From NCBI GenBank assembly GCA_963734495.1, contig CAVTHK010000002.1:1-64000 (forward strand): 64,000 bases of DNA. The letters run 5' to 3'. Each line of letters begins with the position of its first letter. Position 1 is the stretch's first letter. This document shows, piece after piece, positions 43,402 to 52,331 of this stretch. Origin of the DNA: an uncultured Spirochaetota bacterium. Its GTDB lineage: Bacteria > Spirochaetota > Spirochaetia > SZUA-6 > CAVTHK01. The position numbers were made by a program, and so were the translations under genes. A model generated the notes under the pieces. It saw only the letters and a program-made list of their open reading frames with translations, searched no databases and had not been told where the DNA came from.

Positions 43402-45492
43402 GCGCCGTGCGCCTGTTCGATCGCGAGCTGTCCTGGCTCGAGTTCAACGCGCGGGTCCTCGACGAGGCGGCCCAGGGCCGGGTGCCGCTGCTCGAGCGGC
43501 TGCGCTTTGCCGCCATCTGCAGCACCAACCTCGACGAGTTCTTCATGATCCGCGTAGGCGCCCTCAAGCGGGCGCTCGCCGCCGCGCCGCACGAGGGCTA
43601 CGGGGAGCTGCTGGACCGCGTGCGCATGCGCGGGGCGCAGCTGTCGCAGGGACTGGCGCGGCTGTTCGTCGACACGCTCGCGCCCGAGATGGCCGCGCAG
43701 CACATCCGCTGGTTCCCCCGCGCCGAGCTCGGGCCGCGGGAGATCGGGCCGCTGCAGGCCCATTTCGAGCGGGAGGTCCTGCCGGTCCTCACGCCCGTGC
43801 GGGCCGCCGCCGACGGGGAGCTCCCGTTCGTGTCGGGGCTGAGGCTCCACGTGCTCTTCCGCCTGGAATCTCTCGAGCGGCCGGGGGAGCCCCTCTACGC
43901 CCTCGCGCAGCTGCCGCCCGCGCTGGACCGCGCGGTGTGGATCTCGCGGAGCGCAAAGAGCTGCGCGTTCGCGATGCTCGAGGACGAGATCCTGCTCGGC
44001 GCCGCGCAGCTCTTCCCGGGGCACATCGTGCGGGATTCGATCCTCTTCCGGGTCACGCGGGACGCGGACCTGCCGGTCGACGAGCAGCGCGACCAGGATT
44101 TCGTCCGGGCCATGGAGGAAGTGCTCGCGAGCCGCGGGCGCAGCTTCCCGGTCCGCCTCGAGACCGTCGGGGGCGGCGACGACCTGCGTGAGCTGCTGCG
44201 GCAGCGGCTGGGCCTCGACCCGCAGGACTGCCGGTCGAGCGACGCCCCGCTCGACCTCGGGTGTCTCAGCGGCTTCGCCTCGCTCGACGGGTGGAAGGCG
44301 CTCCTCAACGAGGAGTGGCCGCCGTTCACTCCCCCCGCGCTTCGCGGCGGTGAGCCGATCTGGGACCTGCTCAAGAAGGGCGATATCCTTCTCCATCACC
44401 CCTACGAGTCCTTCGAGCCGGTCGTGCGGCTGCTGTCCCAGGCGGCCGACGACTCGCACGTGCTCGCCATCAAGATGACCCTCTACCGGACCAGCGGCAG
44501 GTCGGCCCTCGTCGAGGCTCTCGCGCGCGCCGCGGCGGGGGGCAAGCAGGTCGTCGTGCTGGTGGAGCTCAAGGCGCGCTTCGACGAGGCGCGCAACATC
44601 GAGTGGGCGCGCCGGCTCGAGCGGGCGGGCGTGCATCGTGATCTACGGGATCGCGGGCCTCAAGGTCCACGCCAAGGCGCTGCTGATCGTGCGGCGGGAG
44701 GCCGGAGGCGTGCGCCGCTACCTGCACCTCGGGACCGGCAACTACAACGAGCGGACCGCGCGGATGTACACGGACTTCGCGCTGCTCACCGCGCGCGAGC
44801 AGCTCACCTACGAGGCGGCGCTCTTCTTCAACGCGATCACGGGCTACTCGTCCGTCCCCGTGCTCCGCAAGCTGGTGATGGCGCCGCACGCGATGAAGAG
44901 CCGCGTGATCGAGCTCATCCGGCGCGAGGCCGAGCGCAGCTCGCCCGCCGCGCCCGGCCGGATCATCGCGAAGATGAACTCGCTGTGCGACCCGGAGGTG
45001 ATCTCCGAGCTGTACGCCGCTTCGAGGGCCTCGGTGCGCATCGACCTGATCGTGCGCGGCATCTGCACGCTCGTGCCGGGAGCGCCGGGGATGAGCGAGA
45101 CGATCAGCGTGATCAGCATCCTCGACCGCTTCCTCGAGCACAGCCGCATCCTCTTCTTCGCCAACGGCGGGGCCGAGGAGGTGTACCTCTCGAGCGGAGA
45201 CTGGATGCCGCGCAACCTCACGGGCAGGGTGGAGCTGATGTTCCCGGTGGAGCAGCCGGACCTCCACAAGCGGCTCGTGGAGGTGCTCGAGGGGTATCTC
45301 GCCGACAACACCCAGGCGCACTCACTCGCCGCCGACGGCCGCTACACGCGCCGCCGCCCGGGCCCCGGCGAGGAGCCGATCCGCTGCCAGGCCGTGTTCT
45401 ACGAGCGCGCGCGCCGCCGCGCCGAGACCTCCCCGATCGAGCCGCTGCGCGACCTCGTGGTGCGCCGGAGGCCGCCGGCGGTCTCTCGCTAG
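43398..45492 (+). CDS. ppk1: Polyphosphate kinase 1; frameshift near 44635
   Basis: DRELSWLEFN.RV, NLDEFFMIRV, LHHPYESF, ELKARFDE, KVHAK, GTGNYN, RFLEHSR. Confidence 0.92.
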
Positions 45493-45506
45493 ACGCCGGC
45501 TCCGGC

Positions 45507-47093
45507 TCAGTCGGGGAGCATCACGCCGGGGTTCAGCAGGCCGGCGGGGTCGAGCGCCTCCTTGACGCGCCGCATGGCGTCGATGGCGCCGTCGTCGTAC
45601 TGGATGCGCATGAACTCGCGCTTGAGGCGGCCGATGCCGTGCTCGCCCGGCGACGCTCCCGCCGAGGGCGACCGCCGTGCGGGCGAACTGCCGGTAGAGC
45701 GCCTTGCCGCGCGCCATCTCGTCGGCGGAGCGGGGCACGATGTTCACGTGCACGTGGCCGTTGCCGATGTGGCCGAAGATGTAGTGCTCCAGGCGCTCGG
45801 CTTCGAGGCCTTCGCGGTAAGCCGCCATCATCCGGCCCAGCGCCTCGCGCCCGACGGCCATGTCGGTGCCGATCTTCGTCAGCTCCGGGAGGGCGCGCTT
45901 GCGCTCGGAGACCAGCGCGTTGATGCGCTCGGGCAGCGCGTGCCGGAACTTCTTCATGGCCTGGAGCTCCTGCGGCTCGAAGCCGGCCCAGACGTCGTCC
46001 GGCGGGATGCCGCAGGCGCCGAGGGGCTTCTCGAGACCCGCGACGAAAGCATCCACGTCGGCTTCGTCGCCGAACGACGCCTCGACGTAGAGCACCGCCC
46101 GCGCGGAGTCCGGTATCTGCGGCACTCCGCTCGCCTCGCGCGCGGCGTCGCGGTAGGCGCGCAGCAGGTCGAGGGAAGGCGCGTCCATGTACTCGAGCGC
46201 GGTCGGCGCGAGACCGGGCTCCGCGCCGATCGCCGTCAACGAGCTGCTCGGCGGCCTGCTCGCTGCGGGCGAACACGCACAGGCCCACGGTGCGCGCCGG
46301 GACCGCGAGGAGGCGCACCTCGACCTCGGTGACGATCGCGAGGGTGCCTTCGCCGCCGATGAACAGGTCGATGAGGTCCATGTCCGGGCTGAGGAGGTAG
46401 CCGGCGGTGTGCTTGGTGGCCGGCTGCGGCACGGCGGCCGCCACGACTTCGAGCGCGCCGCCGACTTCGCGCTCGATCCGGAGCCGACCCGCGGCCGCCC
46501 GGCTCTCGCCGCGCGCGACGCGCAGCCTGCTGCCGTCGGCGAGGACCACGGTCAGCGACTCGACCCACTGCCGGGTCGGTCCGTAGCGCGAGCGTGCGGG
46601 CGCCGCTGGCGTTGGTCGCGACCGTGCCGCCGAGGGTGGCCGAGACCTCGGTCGGGTCCACGGGGTAGAAGAGCCTGTCCGGGCCGGGGAGTCCCGCCGC
46701 GTCCCCGCGGCGCAGCCGTTCCTGCAGCTCCTCCAGCCTGAGGCCCGCGGCGACGGTCGCCGTAAAGCACCGCAGACGCTCGTTCCACCGCACGACGGGC
46801 TCGGCCTTGAGGGAGTCGAGCGAGAGGAGCGCACCGCCCGGCTGGGCGACAGCGCCGCCGACGATGCCGGTTCGGCCGCCGGAGATCACGAGCGGGAGGC
46901 CGCTCTGCGCGCACTCGGCGACCGCGGCCGAAGCCTCGGCTGTGGTGCGCGGAAGGTACAGGGCTGCCGGCACGCCCGCGGTGAGGCGCGACTCGTCGGT
47001 GAGAAAGGAGCCGTAGGCCTCGCGGATCCGCGCGCCGTCGCGCTCGGCCGGGCAGGGCCCGCGGGCGGCAGCCAGGGCAACGAGTTCCGACAC
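45507..47093 (-). CDS. FAD-linked oxidoreductase (GlcD/D-2-hydroxyacid dehydrogenase family); frameshifts
   Basis: GG.TG..GG, YPVDP, GGTVATNASG, IGGEGTL, GHIGNGH.H, EHGIG..K, LNPG. Confidence 0.85.
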
Positions 47094-47238
47094 GATTCCT
47101 CCGACTTCGGACTATAGCGGGGCGCGCGGGAGGGCAACAAGGGCCGCCCGCGGCTGCACGGCGCGCCGGCCGCCTTGCCGTCGCGCGCGGCCTGTTGCTA
47201 AGCTCATACCCGTCGACTCTTTCGACGCGGAGGCTCGC

Positions 47239-47781
47239 ATGAAGGACATCTACGTTCTGCTCGCCGAATACAACGCCTACGTCAACGGGGTGCTGTACGG
47301 CCTGCTGGAAAAGGTTCCGCCCGACCTCGTGACCAGAGATGCGGGGTCCTACTACGGCTCGATCCTGGGCCTGCTCAATCACGTCCTGCGCTCGGACCTG
47401 GGGCGGCTCAGTCGCTTCCGGACCGGCCTGCAGGGTTTCCGCTCCCTCGCGACGGCGGCCATCGACTTCGACCCGGCAGCCGCGCCGAAACAGCTCTACG
47501 ACAACCTCCCGGACCTCTGGAAGCGCCGCAAGCAGGTTGACGACGTGTTCAAGGCGTTCGCCGCAGAGCTCACGGACGACGCGCTGCGGCGCGAGGTGAC
47601 GTCCACGAACCAGAAAGGCGAGCAGGAAAGCTTCGCGGTCTGGGAGATCCTGCTGCACCTGTTCAACCACCAGACCCACCATCGCGGGCAGGTCTCTCAG
47701 ATCCTCGACGCCGCGGGCGTGCAGCACGACTTCTCCAACATCATGACCGTGTTGAGAATGCGGAAGGCCACGAAGCGCTGA
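47239..47781 (+). CDS. DinB/YfiT-family metal-binding protein
   Basis: YN...N, SILGLLNH, HLFNHQTHHRGQ. Confidence 0.88.
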   Translation: MKDIYVLLAEYNAYVNGVLYGLLEKVPPDLVTRDAGSYYGSILGLLNHVLRSDLGRLSRFRTGLQGFRSLATAAIDFDPAAAPKQLYDNLPDLWKRRKQVDDVFKAFAAELTDDALRREVTSTNQKGEQESFAVWEILLHLFNHQTHHRGQVSQILDAAGVQHDFSNIMTVLRMRKATKR

Positions 47782-47792
47782 GGGGCTCGACG

Positions 47793-47829
47793 GACAAACA
47801 AAGGGCCGCCGGGAGGTCCGGCGGCCCTT
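47793..47829 (-). terminator. Intrinsic terminator candidate between convergent genes
   Basis: AAGGGCCGCCGG-gaggt-CCGGCGGCCCTT with an A-rich run on its left (T-rich on the minus strand). Confidence 0.65.
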
Positions 47830-47892
47830 CGCGAAGATCCGATGCGTGCGGCACGGGAGCGCCGGCTGTGACCCGCCGCCCCTGCATCTGAT

Positions 47893-48993
47893 CTATGCCT
47901 GAGCCTCCATGTCGGCGACGACCGCCTTCATTTTCTTCAGCTCGTTGAGCGCGGCCTTGTACAGCCCTTCGGCCGCCTGGCGCGCGGTGCGCTTCGCGAC
48001 CGTGTAGGGGTCGTTGACCACTTCCTCTTCGATCACCTTGACCCACTCGGCGGGCACCGCCTGGATGCCGCGCAGGGCGCCGGCCAGGCCGCCGGCGATG
48101 TAGGCCTTGCAGTCGGTGTCGCGGCCCAGGTTCACCGCGTAGAGGATCGCTTCCTTGGGCTGGCCCTTGGAGACGGCGAAGCAGGCCAGGCCTCCGGTCA
48201 GCATCTCGACGGCGTTGGACATCCGCTTGCCGCGGTAGAAGTCGTCGAAGAGCGGCCGCAGCTCCTTCCAGTCCTTGACCTTGTGCGCCCACTCCTGGCC
48301 CATCTCGACTTCCTTGCGCGGGACCGCGGTCAGCTCGGAGAGCGCCTGCGCGATCACGCTCTCGACGGTCGCGCGCGGCTTGAGAGCCTCGGCGCACGCG
48401 GAGGCGATCGCGGCCGCGACCTCAAGGGCGTAGTTGCCGGGCACGCCGCGCACGTCCTTGATCCTGCCGACGTCGTAGGCGTCGGCGGCCGCCGCGGCGG
48501 GGTTGCACGCGTTGACCATGCCTATGTTGTGGATCATCTTCGAGGTGCCGATCAGCGCCGGCCACGACGCGTGTGTCCCGACTTCCCACGGAGGGACTCC
48601 GGCCTTGATCGAGTAGTAGATGATCTGGTCCTGGGGGCCGAGCAGGTAGCCGAACTTGCTCGGGTCGATGTCGGTCGCCCAGGTCTCGGCCAGGTCCCAC
48701 ACGGTGATGCGGCCGTTCTTCTTGAGGATGGCGCTGGTGGCCAGGCGGTGACGCTCCTGTCCGTCCTCCGTCATCCCGGGGGGCCGGTGGTGCGCGTGAT
48801 AGATGAACGGGTGCCCCAGGCTGGTGTCGGAGGCGCGCTGGCGGGCCTCTTTTTCCTGCGGAAGCATCTTGTCGACGAACCCCCACTTCTCGTCGATCTC
48901 GCGGTAGGTGTAACCCTCGGTCACGTCGCCCATCGAGTTGGCGATGGTGCAGGCGGCCTCGCAGCCGTAGATCTTGTCGAACAGCTTGGACAC
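47893..48993 (-). CDS. Divergent ADP-ribosylglycohydrolase-family protein (ARH-3)
   Basis: IYGC...IANSMG..TEG, PGMTED, N..NP..AA..AY, AVNLGRDTDC....GGLAGA. Confidence 0.78.
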   Translation of the reverse strand: MSKLFDKIYGCEAACTIANSMGDVTEGYTYREIDEKWGFVDKMLPQEKEARQRASDTSLGHPFIYHAHHRPPGMTEDGQERHRLATSAILKKNGRITVWDLAETWATDIDPSKFGYLLGPQDQIIYYSIKAGVPPWEVGTHASWPALIGTSKMIHNIGMVNACNPAAAAADAYDVGRIKDVRGVPGNYALEVAAAIASACAEALKPRATVESVIAQALSELTAVPRKEVEMGQEWAHKVKDWKELRPLFDDFYRGKRMSNAVEMLTGGLACFAVSKGQPKEAILYAVNLGRDTDCKAYIAGGLAGALRGIQAVPAEWVKVIEEEVVNDPYTVAKRTARQAAEGLYKAALNELKKMKAVVADMEAQA

Positions 48994-49049
48994 TCTGTGT
49001 CTCCTCTCCCTGTGCTGCTTTTGCGGCGCGGCGCAAGCCGCGCCTCTCG

Positions 49050-50087
49050 TCAGTCGCTGTTGCTGTTGTAGTCGATGGACCGCGCCCCGTCCGCGCGCCG
49101 AGTCGCCGCCTGCGACTTGAGGCTCGCGGCGCCACCGGCCCGCCACTGGTCGACCAGCTGCTGCATCCGCGGCGTGAGGTGCCGAGGCACCTTCGGGATC
49201 GGGCAGATGCGGAGGCAGTCGCCGCGCACCGGCGAATCGGGCAGTCCGTCGCGCCTCCGGCGGCAGAGCTTCGGATCGGTCATCGCCGGCGTGTCGATAA
49301 AGATGCGGTTGTGGTCGTCCTTCGCGAGCGACCGGTACTGCTTCTGGCTCGCGTCGTCGCGCAGCCAGATGCAGCCCGCGACGCAGGTCCGGAGGCACAG
49401 GAGGCACTTGTCGCGGAGGCAGATGGGCTCGGTGATCAGCGGGTCCGGCTCGAGGTCGGCCTCGGTGATGATGGAGTTCCACCGCTGCCGGGGGCCGAAC
49501 TGGCGCGTGAGGACGATGTTGTTGTAGCCGAACTCGCCGAGGCCCGCGCGGGTCGCCGCATGGCGGTGCGAGAACGAGCCGAAGGTGTAGCCGAACGGCG
49601 ACCGCTTCTTCGACCAGGAGGGATCTTCGCCTTCCCAGATCTCGGAGTCGGTGAGGCCCTCGACGTGGGGATGAAGACCGGTGGTCGGAAAGACCATGGC
49701 GTCCTGGCCCTCGCTCAGCAGGTACTGGCCGACGAGCTGCGCGATGTGCTCGAGCATCAGGTCGTGCATCATGTGCCCGACACGGTTGTAGAGCATCTCC
49801 ATGTACGGGTACTTGACCCGGTTCGGGATCATGTCGAGCTCGCGGACCGCGAGGTTCGCCGGGGCCTCGACGACCGGGTTGAGGATCGGCATCCCGATCG
49901 ATATGACCGACCGCGCCTCCGGCAGGAAGTCCTTGGGGTGGTGGCCGGCCGGGGCCTTGTCGTTGACCGGCGGCATCGGGTCGAAGCGCTCCACCGGGGC
50001 CACGCCTACGAGGACGGCGCCGTAGCGGCGGGCCACCTCCTTGACGTTCGCCGTCAGTGTCTGGCGGCTCATCTTCTTCCTGGGCAC
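49050..50087 (-). CDS. Epoxyqueuosine reductase (QueG)/reductive dehalogenase-like Fe-S protein
   Basis: GTG after AGGAGG; G..LVGVA, P.DFLP.A.SVI, SHRHAA..AGLG.FG.N..LT.QFGPR, Cx4CxxCxxxC ... C ... DCxxxCP. Confidence 0.75.
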   Translation of the reverse strand: MPRKKMSRQTLTANVKEVARRYGAVLVGVAPVERFDPMPPVNDKAPAGHHPKDFLPEARSVISIGMPILNPVVEAPANLAVRELDMIPNRVKYPYMEMLYNRVGHMMHDLMLEHIAQLVGQYLLSEGQDAMVFPTTGLHPHVEGLTDSEIWEGEDPSWSKKRSPFGYTFGSFSHRHAATRAGLGEFGYNNIVLTRQFGPRQRWNSIITEADLEPDPLITEPICLRDKCLLCLRTCVAGCIWLRDDASQKQYRSLAKDDHNRIFIDTPAMTDPKLCRRRRDGLPDSPVRGDCLRICPIPKVPRHLTPRMQQLVDQWRAGGAASLKSQAATRRADGARSIDYNSNSD

Positions 50088-50122
50088 GAATCCTCCTACG
50101 ACCTGGCGTTTTCGCAAGGTCC

Positions 50123-50148
50123 AAGGCCCCCTGTGCTCAGGGGGCCTT
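50123..50148. other. Intergenic hairpin between the permease and the QueG-like gene
   Basis: AAGGCCCCCTG-tgct-CAGGGGGCCTT. Confidence 0.55.
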
Positions 50149-50155
50149 CTGTTGC

Positions 50156-51043
50156 CTATTCCTTGAGGCTTCCCAGCAGCATGCCTTTCACAAAGTAGCG
50201 CTGGAGGAACGGATAGAGCACCGTGATGGGCAGGACGGCGATGATGATCGTGGCGTACTGGATCGTGACCGCGATCATCTCCTCGTCCTTGCCGAGGTCC
50301 GAAGAGCTTATCATCGAGCTCATGTTGTTCGCGATCAGGATCTCGCGAAGGATGAGCTGCAGGGGGTAGAGCTGGCGTTCCCGCAGGTACACCATCGCCC
50401 AGAACCAGGAGTTCCAGTGGTAGACCCCGTAGTACAGCAGCATCACCGCGATGACCGGCATCGCCAGCGGGAAGTAGATGCGGAAAAGGATGAGGAAGTC
50501 GTTGCAGCCGTCGAGCTTGGCGGACTCCTCCAGGCTGTCGGGCATCTGGGCGAAGCCCGTCCTCATGATGATGAAATTGAAGGTCATGATGGCGTTGGTC
50601 AGGATCAGCGGCCAGCGGGTGTTCAGCATGCCCATCGCCTTGACCAGCAGGTAGAGCGGGATCAGGCCGCCGGAGAAGAACATGGTGAACACGATCATCT
50701 TCATCACGATCTCGCGCCCCCAGAGGTGGCGGCGCGACAGGGCGTAGGCGGCGAACGAGGTCAGGATGATGTTGAGCGCCGTCCCGGCGACCACGTAGAA
50801 GATCGTGTTGAAGTACGCAATGCCGATGATCGGGTTCTCGAACACCCGCTTGTACGCGGCGAACGTCCAGTCTTTGGGCCACAGCAGAGATCCGCGGGCG
50901 ACCGCCACCACGTAGGGCGAGCTGAGCGAGGCCACCAGAACGTACCAGAACGGGTACAGCATCAGGATGCACAGGACGACGAGGACCACGTAGTTGACGG
51001 AGTCGAAGATCCGCCCGCTGACGCTGCTGTAGTATCGGCTCAC
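50156..51043 (-). CDS. Carbohydrate ABC permease (LplC-like)
   Basis: FSGGLIP.Y, EESAKLDG, HWNSWF, YPFLQRYFVKG. Confidence 0.9.
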   Translation of the reverse strand: MSRYYSSVSGRIFDSVNYVVLVVLCILMLYPFWYVLVASLSSPYVVAVARGSLLWPKDWTFAAYKRVFENPIIGIAYFNTIFYVVAGTALNIILTSFAAYALSRRHLWGREIVMKMIVFTMFFSGGLIPLYLLVKAMGMLNTRWPLILTNAIMTFNFIIMRTGFAQMPDSLEESAKLDGCNDFLILFRIYFPLAMPVIAVMLLYYGVYHWNSWFWAMVYLRERQLYPLQLILREILIANNMSSMISSSDLGKDEEMIAVTIQYATIIIAVLPITVLYPFLQRYFVKGMLLGSLKE

Positions 51044-51053
51044 CTCGCACCCC

Positions 51054-51998
51054 CTACCAAAGGCTCGTCTCGCCGGTGCGCCGCGCGAGCTTGTTCACGG
51101 AAATCAGCAGCGCGAAGTTGATGGCGGCGTTGACGAAGCCCACCGCCGTGCTGTAGCTCCAGTCGGCCTGGATGAGCCCGCGGCGATAGACGAACGAGCT
51201 GATGACGTCCGCGGTCTCGTAGGTGAGCTGGTTGTACATCAGGATGATCTTCTCGAAGCCGACCGTCATCATCTGCCCGATCCTCATGATGAACAGCACC
51301 ACGGTCGTCGGGAGCAGCCCCGGGAGGCTGACGTGCCACATCTTGAGCCAGCGCCCCGCCCCGTCGGCCTCAGCGGCCTCGTAGAGCTCCTGGTTGATGC
51401 CGGCCAGGGCGGCGAGATAGATGATCGAGCTCCACCCCGCCGTCTGCCACACGTTGGAGCCGACGTAGAGAGTGCGGAACCACTTGGGCTCGGCGAAGAA
51501 CGGGATCGCCTCCATTCCCATCCCGATCATCACCCGGTTGACCACGCCCTCGCGGCTGAGGAAATCCATCATCAGCCCTACGATGACGACGAGCGACACG
51601 AAGTGGGGCAGGTAGGTGATCGTCTGCACGGTGCGCTTGAACGGCATGTTGCGCATCTCGTTGAGCATCAACGCGAGGATGATGGGGGCAGGGAACTGGA
51701 AGATCAGGTTGTAGACGTTGATGATCACGACGTTGCGGATCAGACGCCACGCGTACACGCTGTTGAAGAAGCTCTCGAAGTGCTTGAAGCCCACCCAGGG
51801 GCTCTTCCAGATGCCCAGCGACGGGACGAAGTCCTGGAAGGAGATGATCAGGCCGTACATCGGCGCGTAGTGGTAGATCAGGTAGTAGCCCACGACCGGG
51901 ATCAGCATCACGTACAGGTACCGGTTGCGGGAAAGCTCTTTCCGGGCTCGGTCGACGAAAGCCGAGGACAGTACAGTCGACCCATGCGTGGTAGCCAA
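51054..51998 (-). CDS. Carbohydrate ABC permease (LplB-like)
   Basis: YLPHF.S.V, GWSSIIYLAAL, YEAA..DGA, DVISSFVY. Confidence 0.9.
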   Translation of the reverse strand: MATTHGSTVLSSAFVDRARKELSRNRYLYVMLIPVVGYYLIYHYAPMYGLIISFQDFVPSLGIWKSPWVGFKHFESFFNSVYAWRLIRNVVIINVYNLIFQFPAPIILALMLNEMRNMPFKRTVQTITYLPHFVSLVVIVGLMMDFLSREGVVNRVMIGMGMEAIPFFAEPKWFRTLYVGSNVWQTAGWSSIIYLAALAGINQELYEAAEADGAGRWLKMWHVSLPGLLPTTVVLFIMRIGQMMTVGFEKIILMYNQLTYETADVISSFVYRRGLIQADWSYSTAVGFVNAAINFALLISVNKLARRTGETSLW

Positions 51999-52072
51999 GA
52001 AACGACCTCCTCAACTGCCCTTTTTTGATGATTGCGGCCCGGCCTGACCAGTGACGATCGCTGCAGCAGGGC

Positions 52073-52120
52073 GTTATAACAGTCCGCGCGGTTATAGCAC
52101 GAGCGCGCGACCGATGTCAA
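52073..52120 (-). promoter_or_regulatory. Internal sigma70 promoter with GTTATAACA operator(s)
   Basis: Minus strand TTGACA (52120-52115), N18, TATAAC with TG extension; GTTATAACA at 52073-52081 and GTTATAGCA at 52091-52099. Confidence 0.65.
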
Positions 52121-52270
52121 ATCAATAACTCGCGTTCTCGCGTCCGGGGCGGGGCTGAATGGACCGCGTCGTGCGTCGGGACGGAGCCGCTCGGACGCTG
52201 CCAGGCGTCCGAGCCGCGGCGGGGCCGCCTTGGGGATTGCCGAGCTCATTCGGCCCCTCGCTTCGCCCCC

Positions 52271-52305
52271 AAAAAAGGAAGAGCGCCGGGCTGCCGGCGC
52301 TCTTC
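52271..52305 (-). terminator. Rho-independent terminator after the SBP gene
   Basis: GAAGAGCGCCGG-gctg-CCGGCGCTCTTC with an adjacent A6 (T6 on the minus strand). Confidence 0.8.
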
Positions 52306-52331
52306 GGCTCGTCTCGATTCAGACGTGCGTG

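Noticed and set aside
42837-45923. Apparent Ppx-PPK1 fusion
   Set aside because: Produced by a frameshift near 43255; ppx ends at TGA 43401, overlapping the ppk1 GTG at 43398.
9702-46600. Programmed frameshifting, phase variation or mass pseudogenisation
   Set aside because: Breaks lack consistent slippery sequences or long homopolymers, hit housekeeping genes as well, and leave motifs intact; sequencing error is more parsimonious.
20927-48993. ARH genes as toxin-antitoxin or anti-phage immunity components
   Set aside because: No ADP-ribosyltransferase, Rhs/T6SS or defence genes recognised nearby; the contexts are metabolic.
49050-50087. Calling the gene queG outright
   Set aside because: No other queuosine genes nearby, altered Cys pattern and catabolic context; only superfamily membership is supported.
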